A stretch of 63,449 nt of DNA. Origin: Ministeria vibrans ATCC 50519. Its lineage: Eukaryota > Protista > Filasterea. Where the stretch lies: positions 62,001-125,449 of the forward strand of contig CALSCP010000883.1 in assembly GCA_943704425.1 (NCBI GenBank), in the 5' to 3' direction. Positions 41,722 through 54,682 of this stretch are shown in pieces (positions within the stretch are counted from its first letter, which is position 1; the number at the start of each line of letters is the position of its first letter). A program made the position numbers and the translations under genes. The notes beneath the pieces were generated by a model. It did not search any database and was not told the DNA's origin. It saw nothing but the letters and a program-made list of their open reading frames with translations.

Positions 41722-42529
41722 ATCATTCGACTTAATTCTTTCACAAATTGTATAACTTCGGTTATCCTTTGAACTTTCACCTTACGAGGTGACCGTGTGA
41801 CCGTCTCACGACTCACGCCTGGCCGGGCGAGTCTTATTCGTCTATCGCGAAAGCATTTTTTTTAGATTTCAAAGTTTTAATCTTTATGTTTTACCATTTT
41901 TTTTATTCAACTTACTCGTAAGATTGATGTGCGTTCCTCCACCTTTGCTTCTACCATCAGTCACCACTCAACACATCCCCTCCCCTTCCCTTACGTTCAT
42001 TTTTCCTGATTTCTTTTCGTCCTTTTGATAATCATTCGACCGACTTCTCTCACTCCCTTCGCAGTCGTCTCGTCCGCTGAATCGCTCTCCCCAAGTCCCA
42101 ACCAACACCCCCTATCTGTTCATTGCATCTCCAGCCCTTATCGGTCTATATAATCTGGTGTGAGACACAAGACGCACCCGCTAGTGCAGTGAGGACCGNN
42201 NNNNNNAAAACCCCCCTCCCGTCCACGTAACCCTAAAGAGCGTCCTCCTCGCGCCACGCACACTCCCCCCTGCTTCCCACGCGCACCCACCGCTCCCCGA
42301 TGCCCTTTGTCGCCCTGCCCCACCGCGAAATTCCGCTCAAGTTCAACACATTTCTCTCTTATTGTGTCATCGTCAGGCCCACGTCCTCTCTCGCCGCCCC
42401 CACACGCTCTCACACGCTGTGACACATGCATTGCGTCTATCACCTCACCCCTTTGCTGTGTCCTCTCTTGTGCTCATTTGCTTTTGTTTTTTTTTTTTTC
42501 TTTTTCCTTCTTTGTGGTTTTTCTAGACA

Positions 42530-43780
42530 ATGCGTTTGTACCTTCTTATCGCTGTCATCGGAGTCGCTGTGAGCGCCGCATCCCTCGGAGGACACTCCAA
42601 ACTTGGAGAGGATGTTCTCAAGAGCCAAGCGGTCCATGCCGCCGCCGAGTTCGCCGTGAGCCAACTCAATGGGCTCGGGCAGGTCTCGTCGAAGCGTCTG
42701 CTCTTCCTGCACGTCGATGCGGGCACGCAACAGCTGGTTTCCGGCATGAAGTACACCCTTACCTTGACCGTGGGCGAGTCGACAACGTGCGCACACTCGG
42801 ACACAAGCAAGCCTGTCGAGGAGTGCTTCTCTGAGGAGTCGTCGCCTGTCAAGCGCCTCTCCGTCACCGTTCTCGTCCAAGCTTGGAAAACGGAGGAGCC
42901 AATGAAGCTTATCGCCAGCGCCATTCTCAGCGAGACGCCCGAAGGCGATGCCAAGCGTCACCACCATCACCCCCACCACGACAAGATGCACCACGACAAG
43001 ATGCATCACGACAAGACGCATCACGAGGAGCACAAGGAGCACATGGAACATCATGGGCACAAGGATCACCACAAGGAACACCATCCCTCAAAGCAGGTGG
43101 AACCGGTGCCATTGACGGCGTCCAAGCCCACCATGGCCGGTGCGGCAACTCCCGTTGACGACGTCACCGAGGCCGACGTGGCCTCGAGCATCCGTGTTGC
43201 CATTGACGCCGTAAACGCACGCAGCAACTCCATGTACCGCCTGACGCTGTCGCGCGTCGTGTCGGCGACCAAGCAGGTCGTGGCCGGCCTCAAGTACACG
43301 TTCACCCTCGAGCTGGGCGAGTCAGCGTGCCGCAACGATCACAGTGCCAAGGAGGACGACGAGTGCCCCCTCACCGCCTCCATGGCGGTCACCACCTACA
43401 CAGTTCAGGTGCTCTCGCAGCCCTGGAAGACACCCAAGTTCACCGTGGTCTCCGTCCTTGACGGCAACCATGCCGTCGCTCCTATGCCCGTCGTGGATCC
43501 CATTCCCCCTCCGGCGCCCGCCCAGTCCGACGACTACCTTGACCGTGCCGAGCACACCCTGCGCAACCTGCCCCTCTGGGCGTACCCTCTCATCGGCATC
43601 GCCGTTGGCTTCCTCATCGTCGTTCTCGTGGCCCTCGTGCGTCGCTGCTGCTGCCCCCCGAAGACCCGCATTGTTCGTCGCACCACCGTCGTTCAGTTGC
43701 CAGGTCAGTCGGACAAGAAGTCCTCGACTCACGCCACTTTCCGTCGTCTGCCCAGCGAGGCTGACTGTGTCAAAGTTTGA
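42530..43780 (+). CDS. Membrane-anchored two-domain cystatin with His-rich linker (intronless)
   Basis: Signal peptide. Two cystatin domains with N-terminal Gly, QxVxG (QLVSG, QVVAG) and AW/PW loops. His-rich spacer. TM segment followed by RRCCC. Confidence 0.9.
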   Translation: MRLYLLIAVIGVAVSAASLGGHSKLGEDVLKSQAVHAAAEFAVSQLNGLGQVSSKRLLFLHVDAGTQQLVSGMKYTLTLTVGESTTCAHSDTSKPVEECFSEESSPVKRLSVTVLVQAWKTEEPMKLIASAILSETPEGDAKRHHHHPHHDKMHHDKMHHDKTHHEEHKEHMEHHGHKDHHKEHHPSKQVEPVPLTASKPTMAGAATPVDDVTEADVASSIRVAIDAVNARSNSMYRLTLSRVVSATKQVVAGLKYTFTLELGESACRNDHSAKEDDECPLTASMAVTTYTVQVLSQPWKTPKFTVVSVLDGNHAVAPMPVVDPIPPPAPAQSDDYLDRAEHTLRNLPLWAYPLIGIAVGFLIVVLVALVRRCCCPPKTRIVRRTTVVQLPGQSDKKSSTHATFRRLPSEADCVKV

Positions 43781-44007
43781 TTGACAGCAGTAAAACAATA
43801 AACAAATAGTATTCATTTAAATCGACGAATCACTTCTTTGTTGATGATTATCAATAGTAAATAAATTTAATAATAATTAGAAGAATACAACCCATTTATT
43901 AATGATACAGTCACCACGCGAATAATAATTAATAAAGTAATAGTCTTGTTTTTCTTTTTTGCTCTGAATAATAACATAATTATAACTCCGCCTGCGCTTT
44001 TTTCCCG

Positions 44008-45204
44008 ATGCTTGCTGTAAGTTGTGGCCATTGGGCGTTACAGGACACGACTATCACCTATTTGGTGGGGCGCGTCGATGGGAAGGAACTTGTGGGACAT
44101 CGCATTGTGGTGGAAGTGTGTGAGACCAATGGAGAATGGCGCGAGTGCGATGAGATTGCGCTGAGTACGAGCGACCCTTGCAGTGCAATTCAACGGTCAC
44201 TGACGGGCCTGAAGAGGAGGACGCGCTATCTTGTGCGAGCAGCACTACAGGAGGAGGCAGACGGAAATCTCGGCGAGTACAGCGAAGCAGTCGAAGCACG
44301 CACAGCACAGGCTCGCGTGGCACGCAGGCCACTGGAGACGGACGACGAGTACGACCAGGCCCGTCGCCGCCACCAGGACTCCTATCTCGAGCGTTTCCTC
44401 GCGATGGTGGCCGAGTTGCGCGCCCAACCGGAAATTGTCGTGTGGCGCTTCCGCGTCTTTCCGCCGCTCGCCGACGACGCCATTGACGAGATCTGTCGCG
44501 AGTTTTACCCGTGCGGAATCCACGAGAGCATTCGCTCCTTCTAGTACGCGATTAAAAGAGGTGGACGTCCGCACTGCTTGTTGGCTAACTCGGCAGGTTG
44601 TTGGTCGTCTCGTAGCAAGCAGACAAATGGTCTGCAGCTGCGCTGGATTCTGCGCAGCGATAATGCATTCGACCCGACCGTTCATGTCGAGGAGACGGCG
44701 GAGCAGGCCCCGAAGAGCGTCGACGAGGTGGACTGGGAGCCAGCGGACATTTACGTGGGCGAAGGGGCCGTGTCAATAGTTCCGCTGCGTGAAATTTTCT
44801 CCCGTGATTGGGGCTTTGGCTTTGACGTTGAGGAAGATCGCAAGTTTGGCGGAAAGACCTTTGTGGAAAGCGACTTTCTAGAGTCGCTGCGCTGCTTTGA
44901 TGGTTTCTACTATTATCATTCGCCAGTGTTTGTGTGTGCCACACAAGAAGCGGATCCGCCCTGCATCAAGGGCGACGACCATGGCGCCGACTTCTCCGCT
45001 GACATGGTCTTTGACTTTCACTCCTATCTCGAGTATGTCCTTGCCTCGTATGCGCTTTGTGGGCGCACCTATTATGCTGTCGGTTGGTTTTCAGGCATGA
45101 ACGGCACTCGTGTGTGCACTTCGCGCGAGTACTGGGCAAAGCGGCCGTATGATCTGCGGGAGATTGTTGACACGAAGGGAAGTGTGGTACCACAATATGA
45201 ATAG
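44008..45204 (+). CDS. FN3-like domain plus SMI1/KNR4 (SUKH)-like domain protein, one intron ~44544-44615
   Basis: FN3 C-terminal signature LTGLKRRTRYLVRA..GEYSE. Splicing gives PPLADDAIDEI..IHESIRSFYKQTNGLQLRW..IVPLREIF..FHSYLEYVL, the SMI1/KNR4 pattern. Confidence 0.65.
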
Positions 45205-45313
45205 TGTTCTTTGATCTTTTTTATCAATCATTTTTGTTGTAACTTTCTTAAACGCCTATATTTAAAGTCCGTGAACATGTTTGAAGCGAATTAAGTCGCA
45301 CACTTGTCACTTT

Positions 45314-46165
45314 TTACGTAGTCTTATCGTGTCTGCGGGTGACAAAGAGACACTTAATCACGTCCATACGACGGTTGTTGCCCACACCCTCCAACACACT
45401 CTTTGTCGTGAACGCCACTCGGCACGACGAGGGTGTTGCTGATGAACACTCGGAGAAAATTGATCGTATCTGCCGGTTGACGTTCTCAATAAACAGCAGC
45501 GTCGCGCCCCGACCCGAGGGGAACACGTGACGGCACACGGTCAACCCCCAACTCGACAGGAAGAGGCGTGGAACAACCAGGCGGACGCACTGACCAAACG
45601 GGCTGGCACAGCTCCGCTGGAGCCGGGCATGTTTCCCATTGGCGCGATGATTGTGTCGAGTCGACTGATGATGTACCCGCGATGATGGCGAACGTAAGAT
45701 ATAGTGTACAACATACAAAATACAATTATTACAGGGTACATTTAGCATGGGGCGTAAGATTACAAGCTTGTTCGCTGTCCAGGAGCGGTGGGTCGACGAA
45801 GAAACGAAAAAACGTTTCTCCGACGAAAATCTTGAACGGACGTATTCGATGAGAAGTAGACGCGTAGGAGGAACGGCTCCCTGATCGAGGCCCGCAAGTT
45901 GTGCCACCGTAGTGTGTGTGTGTGTGTTGGACAATGCGCGGAGGTGTGGTCTGCGCGCGGCGGTGTGGGCGCGCAGAGGAGAGGAAAGGATTACGTAAGG
46001 GGCGGGTCGAGCAAACACAGTGAAATGTGTTTCATCATCTCATCATCAGACGAGGCTGTAGGTTGTGGTGGCGTCACCGGTACGAGGTTTATCGTCGTGG
46101 TCGTCGTCGTTGTCGACAGCGAGCCGGCCGGTGATGGTCGAGGAGGCGGAGAGCGAGGGGAAAAC
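45314..46165 (-). CDS. Possible hypothetical protein (low confidence)
   Basis: A 234-aa ORF plus an upstream S/T/P-rich putative exon with plausible splice sites. No recognisable motif. Confidence 0.25.
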
Positions 46166-46898
46166 TGAAATATGCCTGGAAATCATTCCACACTTGTAAA
46201 TGCGCAGTCCGTAGGCCTCCAAGGCCACCGCCAACCCTAATCTTATTCTCATCGTCTTGTTAAGCTCGAAAGGGAGGTCAACCAGAGGAGGAGAAGTTTT
46301 GCAGAGAAGAAATTAGTGTGACGAGAACTAATCATCAACTCGAAAGATCAAGATCAGAAGTGAACAGGCAGTGCGGAACCGAAGCAAGCGATGGCGTTAT
46401 TGGCGATTGGCAAATGGTCTTCTTTTAAACACGTTGATGTGAAATGATGTCTGGGTTGACCGTGGAGTCACGCTTGGCTTGTCATTGTATAATCTGATGT
46501 TACATAATGAAATTTTACAGTGTGAAAGCACAAAAAACTCTGAAAAATAATAATGGTTATTACTAAAGTAGCCATGTAAGTTAAGAATTAACATTAAATT
46601 AATATTATTTTGGTTATTTATTGCAAAGGCGCACAATAAAATCATCAGAGAATGGTCCAGAACAAAAAAGTGATGTGGAGATTTGAATGATCACAATCAA
46701 ACAGATTAACTGGTGAATAAGTGCGGGCTAAGTGCCCTACGACCTATGTAGGCCTACCTAAATCCCAATGCCTTACTCAGTCATATCTGATATCGGTCCT
46801 AGGCCAATGCCCAAGAGTGAATGAATTCGTTTTATAGTTACAAATAATAATCAGCTATTGACTATTCATTGATCATTCATTCATATTTTCTATTCACT

Positions 46899-47656
46899 AT
46901 GAGCGACTCCTCCCGCCCGATGAAAGAAATCGTGACGGACTTTGCCCGTCGCAACCCTGTACGACCAAGGCAGCCCCTGCACCGCACCCCGTCTCAACAT
47001 TAACACTATCAATTAACACTGTGCCTTGTGTCGTCCGTTTGTCGCAGCAATACACGCTGCGCTTTGTGCTGCACACTCTCACGCTGCTGTGCGTGCCCCT
47101 GTTCCTGCTGACGGGCTCGCGCGCGCTGTACGTGGCCGCCATCGGCATGTCGACGGCTGCGTATCTGACGCAGCTGCTGAGCAAGCACGGGCGGCCGCAG
47201 CTCAGCATGGACTACTGGACACGCATGCAGCTCGACGACAACTTCTTCTGGTTCCAGACGGGCATGCTCTTCCTCCTCATCACCCCCGCCTTCGCCTACA
47301 CCACCCTCTTCATTGTCTTCACGCCCTTCCACGTCGCCGCCGGCCTCAAGAGCATCCTGAAGACTGACCAGATGGCGTCCCTTCAAGCACGTCTGCTGGT
47401 CTACCACCAGGCGACCGTCATGGCTGCCGCCCGCATCACCCTCTTCTTGCCCGTCTTCATGCTCCTCAACGAGTCTATCCTCGTCACGGCTGCCTTTGTC
47501 GCTTCGCTGCGAATCCACTACATTCGCGACCAGGCCTTCAACAGTCAGGTGAACCTCCTGCTCGCCTACCTCCGGCCCTACATTGGCCGCTTCCTGCCTG
47601 CCGCAGCCCCGCCCACACCACCCGATTCGCATCACGCACACTCTCACAGCGAGTGA
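46899..47656 (+). CDS. TMEM33/Pom33 (UPF0121)-like ER membrane protein
   Basis: ATG at 46899, intron ~46959-47047. Hydrophobic helices with GRPQLSMDYWTRMQLDDNFFW and a C-terminal LRIHY resembling the TMEM33 family. Confidence 0.6.
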
Positions 47657-48201
47657 AGAGAGTCCCCTCCCATGCGTAGCAAGCGGAGTATGATTGTACA
47701 AAGTAAATGAGAGATGACTCATGCAGCTCCATCAAATTGAACATTCGTTTCACCAAACACTTGCGCTATCGCCTGTTTTGTGAGCTTGTGGCCCGATACA
47801 AGTTGTAACACACAATCTTTTGCAGCTTGCAAGGCGTCGAAGAGCTGTCCTTGCATGGTCACCGTGTGCGTGTGTGTTCATTGCGTGTTTACCGTGTGTT
47901 CACTGTGTGTTCACTGTGTCGCTCTTAATGTAGTCTGACGTGTTGAAAGAAGCAAAGAAACATTTGAGAAACATTTGAGCAACATCACTCATACGAGTGA
48001 CGATTGGAAAGTGATGAGTCGACGAGAAAGAGTGACAAGTAACAACTGACAAGTGAGATGTGAGACTGAGTCTGACTGACTACAAGTCATGAGCGCAACT
48101 GTAACAAGTGTGACCATCTCTGTTTATGTGTCTCTTGGCAATGAAAACATGAGGTGATATTATATCAAAATAAATCTACAAGACGTCTTTACGTCTGTAC
48201 A

Positions 48202-48829
48202 CTACCATAGTCTTTTGTCAGACTCGGACGAGGGCTCTTGATCGGCAGCAGTGGCCGGCACTGCGCGTGCACCTTGCAATAGCACGTCGGCTGCTGGCCC
48301 TGGCCCCGGACTCTCTCTCGGCCGATTCACATTGTCAACATGATCCGTCCACTTGTGAGGTGTCTCTCGTGCTGTCCAAATGAACTCAATGGGATCCTCT
48401 TCGATCTTCTTCTGCGCCTCACGTCTCTTTTCCCAAAAGGCCTGCATTCCACAGACAAAGAAGAAGAAGCAGAAGCAGTGAGAAAGAGATAGAGAGAGAG
48501 AGAGAGAGAGGAGGAAGGAGAAAGAACAAATAGAGAAACGTGTTCGACAATCGGTCAAAGGTCACCTCACGATCCTCTGCGGTGTACATGCGCGTCTGGA
48601 AGCAGGCTGTCATGTCATCCGACTCCCGATCGCACATTTCAGGGTAGCCGTAGATGTAGAAATCCCGAATCTTGGCAGGAAGAGCTGAAAGGGAAAAAGT
48701 CGCATTGGCGGTGGTTTGAGGGCTCTGGGGACACTTACAGATGCATTCAAACCACAGGCGCATGGTCGTGGTGCACTTGGGGACAACGCTCTCCTCGTCG
48801 TCGAGCGGATTCTTCCCGAAGAAGTTCAT
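48202..48829 (-). CDS. DUF3128 family (EMI1/C22orf39-like) small Cys-containing protein
   Basis: C-x10-C..KIRDFYIYG..C-x10-C..IWTARETP pattern across three exons. Confidence 0.7.
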
Positions 48830-49053
48830 TATGATTAGAAATTAATGAGTAATGACATTGTTTTTGTGATATTATAGGATTAGTCAACTTTTCGTTCTTA
48901 CGAATAACGAATAGTATCACTTCGATAAATGTGCTGCTCTTTGTTTTGTATAGTTGTATTGGTCTTGTTTTGACATTGAGCACAGCTCTCGATTCTCTAT
49001 TTATTTTTTTCTACTTCAATAAATTCGCAAAATATAACTCAAAATATGTTTGT

Positions 49054-50753
49054 TTACTGACCCAACGGATTGTACACCCAGGGATAGTTTGGGGGACACG
49101 ACTGGCACGTTCCCATGTACACCTCCTCATTGGACGCACTTTCACTGACAGTATAGTGACATGAATTCGGCTGAGCACAGACGGCGGGAGGGGCAGCACC
49201 AGCACATTGCCAGGGAGGGAAGGAGGAGATTGCAGAGAGGGGAGTGGGTGATTGCATCCACGCGAGCACTTGCGACTGCGACACAATGTAGACGGATGGG
49301 TCCGACTGAAGCAGAGTGGTCAGGAAAGAGCGCAGTGTTGGCATATGTGTCGGGTCAGTCAGAAACCTAATGGAAAAGATGGTCACGAATCCATGAGTTG
49401 AGAGGGATAGCACATGATCAGTACAAGATGTATGTACAAACAATTGCCCTACCAAGCAGAATGCATATAAAGCCCAAAGGGTGCATGATTATCATCGTGC
49501 AAATGATAATTATAGTTCAGCAAGTCAAGCAGTGCCGTCTGGTTGAATCCAACACACGCATCAAGCATTGAACACGCCACAGAGCCATCTCGGTGCATCA
49601 GATTAATCATAGGTAGTTCCCATAGACCCTTGTAAGCTTTCCTATATTGGTACACATGATTAATATAATATCGAATCACCGAATGTGAGAGTGAGAGACA
49701 AAATCAGAGTCAGAGACAGAGACAGAGTCAGAGACAGAGACAGAGACAGAGTTTTTGGTGTTGATACTTTGGACATTGGCCAATGTTGCACTCTTGAGGA
49801 GAAGGGAAATCAAGAGTGTAGGGGAAAACTATTGCAGCAAAAAAACTATTTAGTAACACGCCAATCACACTTTAATTTTTGTATCAATACTCGGCGGATT
49901 GGAGTATTTTGAGGTTGTCCATGAATTGTCATAGGAAAAATTGGACGCATGAAGTGACGCAAACTGCTGCTCTGACATCTCCAGAAAAGGTTGACGATAG
50001 CCAATGATTGACTCTACATCCACATTGCCAAAGTGGCTGAGAATGGTGCGTTGACCTGCCAGTTCAGCATTGTCGCGTGAGACATTGAATGTTTCCCAGT
50101 CGGACTCTGCGAGAGGGGGAAAACCGCATTTTGGGGGAGAATCGGAGTATGAATGGTCAATCAAAAGTGACGACAAAGCATGAGCTTTTACTTTATTTAT
50201 ATCTCTCATACCTGGTGTGGCGTGTGTGATAGAATGGTCTGCAATCTCGTGGCGCATGTGACGAAGGTCTTGCACAAGATTGTAGTCAGTGTATTTGTGC
50301 GAGACAAAAAATGTGGCCGAAACGGGGCAGCCATTGGGATTCTTCAGGCCGTCAAACAGTTGCATGTATTCATCGTGGTTCTACCGAGTGAAAAAAAATT
50401 TGTCGTTGAAAAACAATTTAGAAAAGTGAGTGACAAGTGCAAAAGTGTCAATACAAAAATGAGACGAAACATATTCAACACACAAACAAACAAACCTGTT
50501 GGTTCACATCGTCGTCAAAGGTAAGCGTCACCATGCGAGGAATAGCACTGGCTGCCATCGGTCCCGCTGAGCCAAAGCAGCGGCAATCAGGTAAAACACA
50601 ATTTTTGGACGAACATATTTCGTCCAAAACCTAACACGAGAAAAAAGCACGTTAAGACGCCTCAATGGCCTCTAATCTCTTCCTATGTCTTACAGGAAGA
50701 GCGTGTGCTGTCAAACACAACGAAGCAACGAGAAACACCAAAAAAGTTCGCAT
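49054..50753 (-). CDS. Secreted chitin deacetylase (carbohydrate esterase family 4, insect CDA-like)
   Basis: Signal peptide; C..NCVLPDCRC, TLTFDD, NPNGCPVSATFFVSH, HEIADHSITH, GYRQPFL, LWELPM, PFGLYMHSAW, VLAWMQSP, CPPNYPWVYNP. Confidence 0.92.
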
Positions 50754-50906
50754 AGAATGAAACTGAAGTGAAGTGAATCTGTCACTCTGACTGAAGTCAT
50801 TGATCTAATCTAATCTCAAGTTTAAGAAAAATTGAAAATTAGCACTTTTTGACTTTTGCCGAAGGCCCTTTGAGGAGGGTGTGTTTTTTTTATCAAGCTT
50901 TGGACA

Positions 50907-53383
50907 ATGCCGACGCGTTCACGGGTGCTGCGCGTCGCCATCGTCGCGACGTGCATCAAACTGCTGTTACTGCCGACTGATCTGTACCGCAGCACAGACT
51001 TTGAGGTGCACCGCAATTGGCTGGCCATCACGCATTCGTTGCCATTGCGCGAATGGTATGTTGAGGTAGGCGCTGTGTGTGAGCGAATGAGCGAGTTTTT
51101 TTTTTTTTCCATCATAATAATAATAATATTTCCAGGACACTTCACAGTGGACTCTCGACTATCCGCCGCTCTTTGCGTGGTTCGAGTGGCTGCTGAGTCA
51201 GCTTGCCGTCTTGTGCGACCCTCGGATGGTCGAGGTGGATGCGCTGGAGTACGCGTCGACGGCAACAGTGGTGTTCCAGCGCCTGTCCGTTGTGCTGGCG
51301 GATGTGCTTCTCGTTGGCGCTCTTGTGTCGTACTGCCGCTCGTTTGCGCGCAACGAACGACGCCCCATCCGCACCATTGTCACTGCCGCGCTCACCCTCT
51401 GCTCCTTTGGTCTCGTTGTCGTCGATCACATTCACTTCCAAGTCAGTCGACGCACTCTGGAAGGATCACATTACATTACATTAGTCATACTCATTGTTGC
51501 TCTTTGTATAGTACAACGGATTTCTCTTTGGCCTTTTAGTGGCCAGCATTGCCGCCTTCCGCCACCGCCAGTACCTTGCAGGCGCGCTCCTCTTTGCCCT
51601 TCTGCTCAACTTCAAACACATCTTTCTCTATGTTGCTCCCGCTTACTTCATTTTTCTCCTTCGCGCCTACTGTTTTCACGTCGAGTCTGCAACCGCTCAA
51701 GGGTAAACCCCTACAATCATGCCATCGTATCTAATTCGTTTTTTTCTCGAAAAAAAAATAGGAGAAATGCTCTGAGTTCTTTTTCGCTTTCGCGCTTTCT
51801 CTCACTCGCGGGAATTGTCGCTAGTGTGTTTCTGGTCACGTGGATTCCCTTTATCTATCTTGGACAAATTCCTCAAGTGAGTCACAACGAGAAGATTTGA
51901 TAAGTGTAGCCCTAATCCTAATAATGACAAGTGCATCCCGAATGACAAAATGTAACCCTAACTCCAATGGCACACTCTCTCTTCCTTCCTTTGCGAATTA
52001 GGTCTTGTCCCGTCTCTTCCCATTCAAGCGTGGTCTTGTTCATTCCTATTGGGCTCCCAACTTTTGGGCTTTGTACAATGTCGCTGACAAATTGCTCGCA
52101 AAAGGTAAACAAAAGTAAAAAAAAGTGAACAATTGTCTCATTCCATTAAAAATACACTTACAATATTTTCTCTTGTATAGCTTTTTCAGTGTCTATTGGA
52201 ACGGGAGTCCTTACGGGTGGACTAGTGGGTGACGTTGCAGTGTCACATGCTGTACTCCCCACAGTCAAACCCATTGCGACCTTTGTCTTGTCCTTTGTCA
52301 CTATGATTGTAAGTATTTTTAAGTGTGTGTGTGTGTGTTTGTGTATATACATTGAGTCATTGAGGCACACTTCCTTTCTTTCTTTTAATGATCGAAAATT
52401 GAATGCAACTATTGCGCACTCACAAACTCCAAACTCTACTCACAATCACCTCTCTCTTCTTCAAACTTATACTTAGGTTCCATTAATCCGCCTGTGGAAA
52501 CGACCCAATGTTGCACACTTTGAACGGACAGTGGTTCTCTGTGCATTCAGTGCGTTTCTCTTTGGATGGCATGTTCATGAAAAGGCTGTTCTCCTCATGC
52601 TTATTCCATTAGGGTAATAACAATCACAAGAAATCACTCGATTCATTTTAAACTTTTGTTTGTGTCTTGGGGTTTAGTCTTCTATCCACTGAATCTGCCA
52701 GTATGGCTCGCGTGTTTACAATTCTGTCCATTTCCGGTTCTTACAGCCTTTTTCCTCTTCTCTTCAGACCACAAGGTAGCATGATACACGCACCACAAAG
52801 ATAGCACAAAGACACGAACAGCACACATTTTCACATTTTCACATTTTCACCCACTCACAAACATACATAATTATCATATTTTGTCTCACTCACGCGCATT
52901 TTAGAAACACTCACCAAAGTGACCCTTCTGGGAATGTACACTCTGATGCAATGGTTCTTCCTGCATTTTCTCTTTCACGATGCATCTTCTTCTTTTGGCA
53001 TTGCCCACCAATCTGCGTCACTCAAAGCCAAAGCGAACAGCCCAAATAGCGCCTTCTCCGCTTCTGACCGGGACCCTTCTTCTGCCTTCTCTTCATCGTC
53101 TTCAAATGTCATTGCATCTACTCTCATGTATGGTCCTCCGTCACCACTTACTGCCACGTCTTTTCCCCGTCAACTTGGTGGTCTCCCAATCGCACACGAC
53201 CCACTGTGTCTTTCGCTCCTGGAACGTTTGTACCTCATTGGATTTCTCCCCCTCTTTGTCTCGACTGATTTGATCGCGCCACTTCTCTTGCCCCATTTGC
53301 CCTTTTTGCCTCTCATGTGCACTTCCGTCTATTGTGCATTGGGTGTTATGTGGTCGTGGTGGTGTCTCCTTGTTGTAAGATAA
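50907..53383 (+). CDS. ALG8: Dolichyl-PP-Glc1Man9GlcNAc2 alpha-1,3-glucosyltransferase
   Basis: [97 protein letters not shown]. Confidence 0.94.
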
Positions 53384-53526
53384 AAGCAATAATATTATTA
53401 AATTTTTAAATATGCCCAATACTTACAAAAAATATTAGTCGACCTTTTGATTATAATAATAATAATAATAAAAATAATAATAATAATTAATTTATTATTA
53501 TAATAAATTTATTATTATAATTATTT

Positions 53527-54497
53527 TTATATTATTTTGTGTGTCTCAAGTCGCATTCGCGCAATCTCCGCTCGCAATCGCTCTATTTCTCGATCGCGTG
53601 TCTGCTTCATCAACTCATGCGCTCGTCGTGTCTGACCAATGCCCAGCTCCAGAATTTTCTGCTCTGCTCGGCGTTCTTCAGCTATGAATGCACCATATCA
53701 GTAACAGAAAAAAAAAAAAAAAAAAAAAAAAATGGGAGGGACCAGTGACCCTGACATGTCGCACGAGTATGCCTGATACTGCCGCATTTTTTCTCGTGTG
53801 GCGTACTTGCGTGACGCAACTTTGCAATGTTTGAGCAAATCTCTGAATTTTGCTCCGTATGACTGCGCACTGTTGCCTGCAACACTTCCAATCGCCCTTG
53901 GAGTGCATTGCGAGCAGACTCGCTGTCGCGAATCTGACGATTCTTGTCTGCTATCTCCTTTCGCAAGACGGCCGTCTCAAGCTACGCCAAAATCGTCCGT
54001 TCTCTTTCTCTTTCTCTCTCTCTCTCTCTCTCCTTTCCACACTACCGTTCGCGCTCGCAACTTTTCCGTTGTCTTCGAGTACAACTCTTCTACCCGCTCC
54101 AAGTCGAGCCGCAGCGACATCAGCGTTGCCTCCATTTTGCGAGTTTCTTCTTCATGCTGCAAACCCCAAACCTCAAATTTTGTGTCGCAATCTCTCCCTC
54201 TCTCTCTCTTTTGCTCCCCACCGTCTGGCCACAGGTTGCCATCCGAGTATTTGTCTCCTTCACTTGAATCTCCATTGATTGCATCTCCTTGAGCTGCACC
54301 GCATAATATCAAACCGGAGCGCGTTTCAAACACGTCCACGACAATTCAAAACATACCATTGCCTCTTCACGCGCTTGACTTTCAGCGAACGCTTCATTCA
54401 ACGACTCCTTTGTCTCCTCTAGAATCGTTCGCTTTGACTTGAGTTCTTGGATCACCGTCAGCATTCGATCGGCGATTCGATTCGCATCGACCGGCAT
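53527..54497 (-). CDS. Coiled-coil protein, unknown function (multi-exon)
   Basis: Several short exons with heptad E/K/R/L composition flanked by GT-AG. Last exon ends DREIERLRAEIARMRLETHKII-stop. Confidence 0.6.
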
Positions 54498-54682
54498 CGA
54501 AAAAGAAAAGAAATAGTGTTGGCAATGAATAATGGTTAATGAATGATTAATGAGTTATTCGAAGAAAAAAAATCGCTTCGTAAAATTATTATAATAATGC
54601 GTCTTTTTTTTTGTAAATTGAACAAAATTCGACAAATATCTTCAAAGAGAGAATAGATCATCTTATAAAAATATATTTTTGT

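Noticed and set aside
42226-42236. TAACCCTAA, resembling a telomerase RNA template or telomere seed
   Set aside because: A single 9-mer beside an assembly gap with no recognisable pseudoknot or other telomerase RNA elements; could be a telo-box or chance.
46035-46252. Short minus-strand ORF ending in TGA TGA TGA, considered as an antizyme frameshift or selenocysteine readthrough
   Set aside because: No antizyme-like ORF2, no TCC-TGA context and no SECIS identified.
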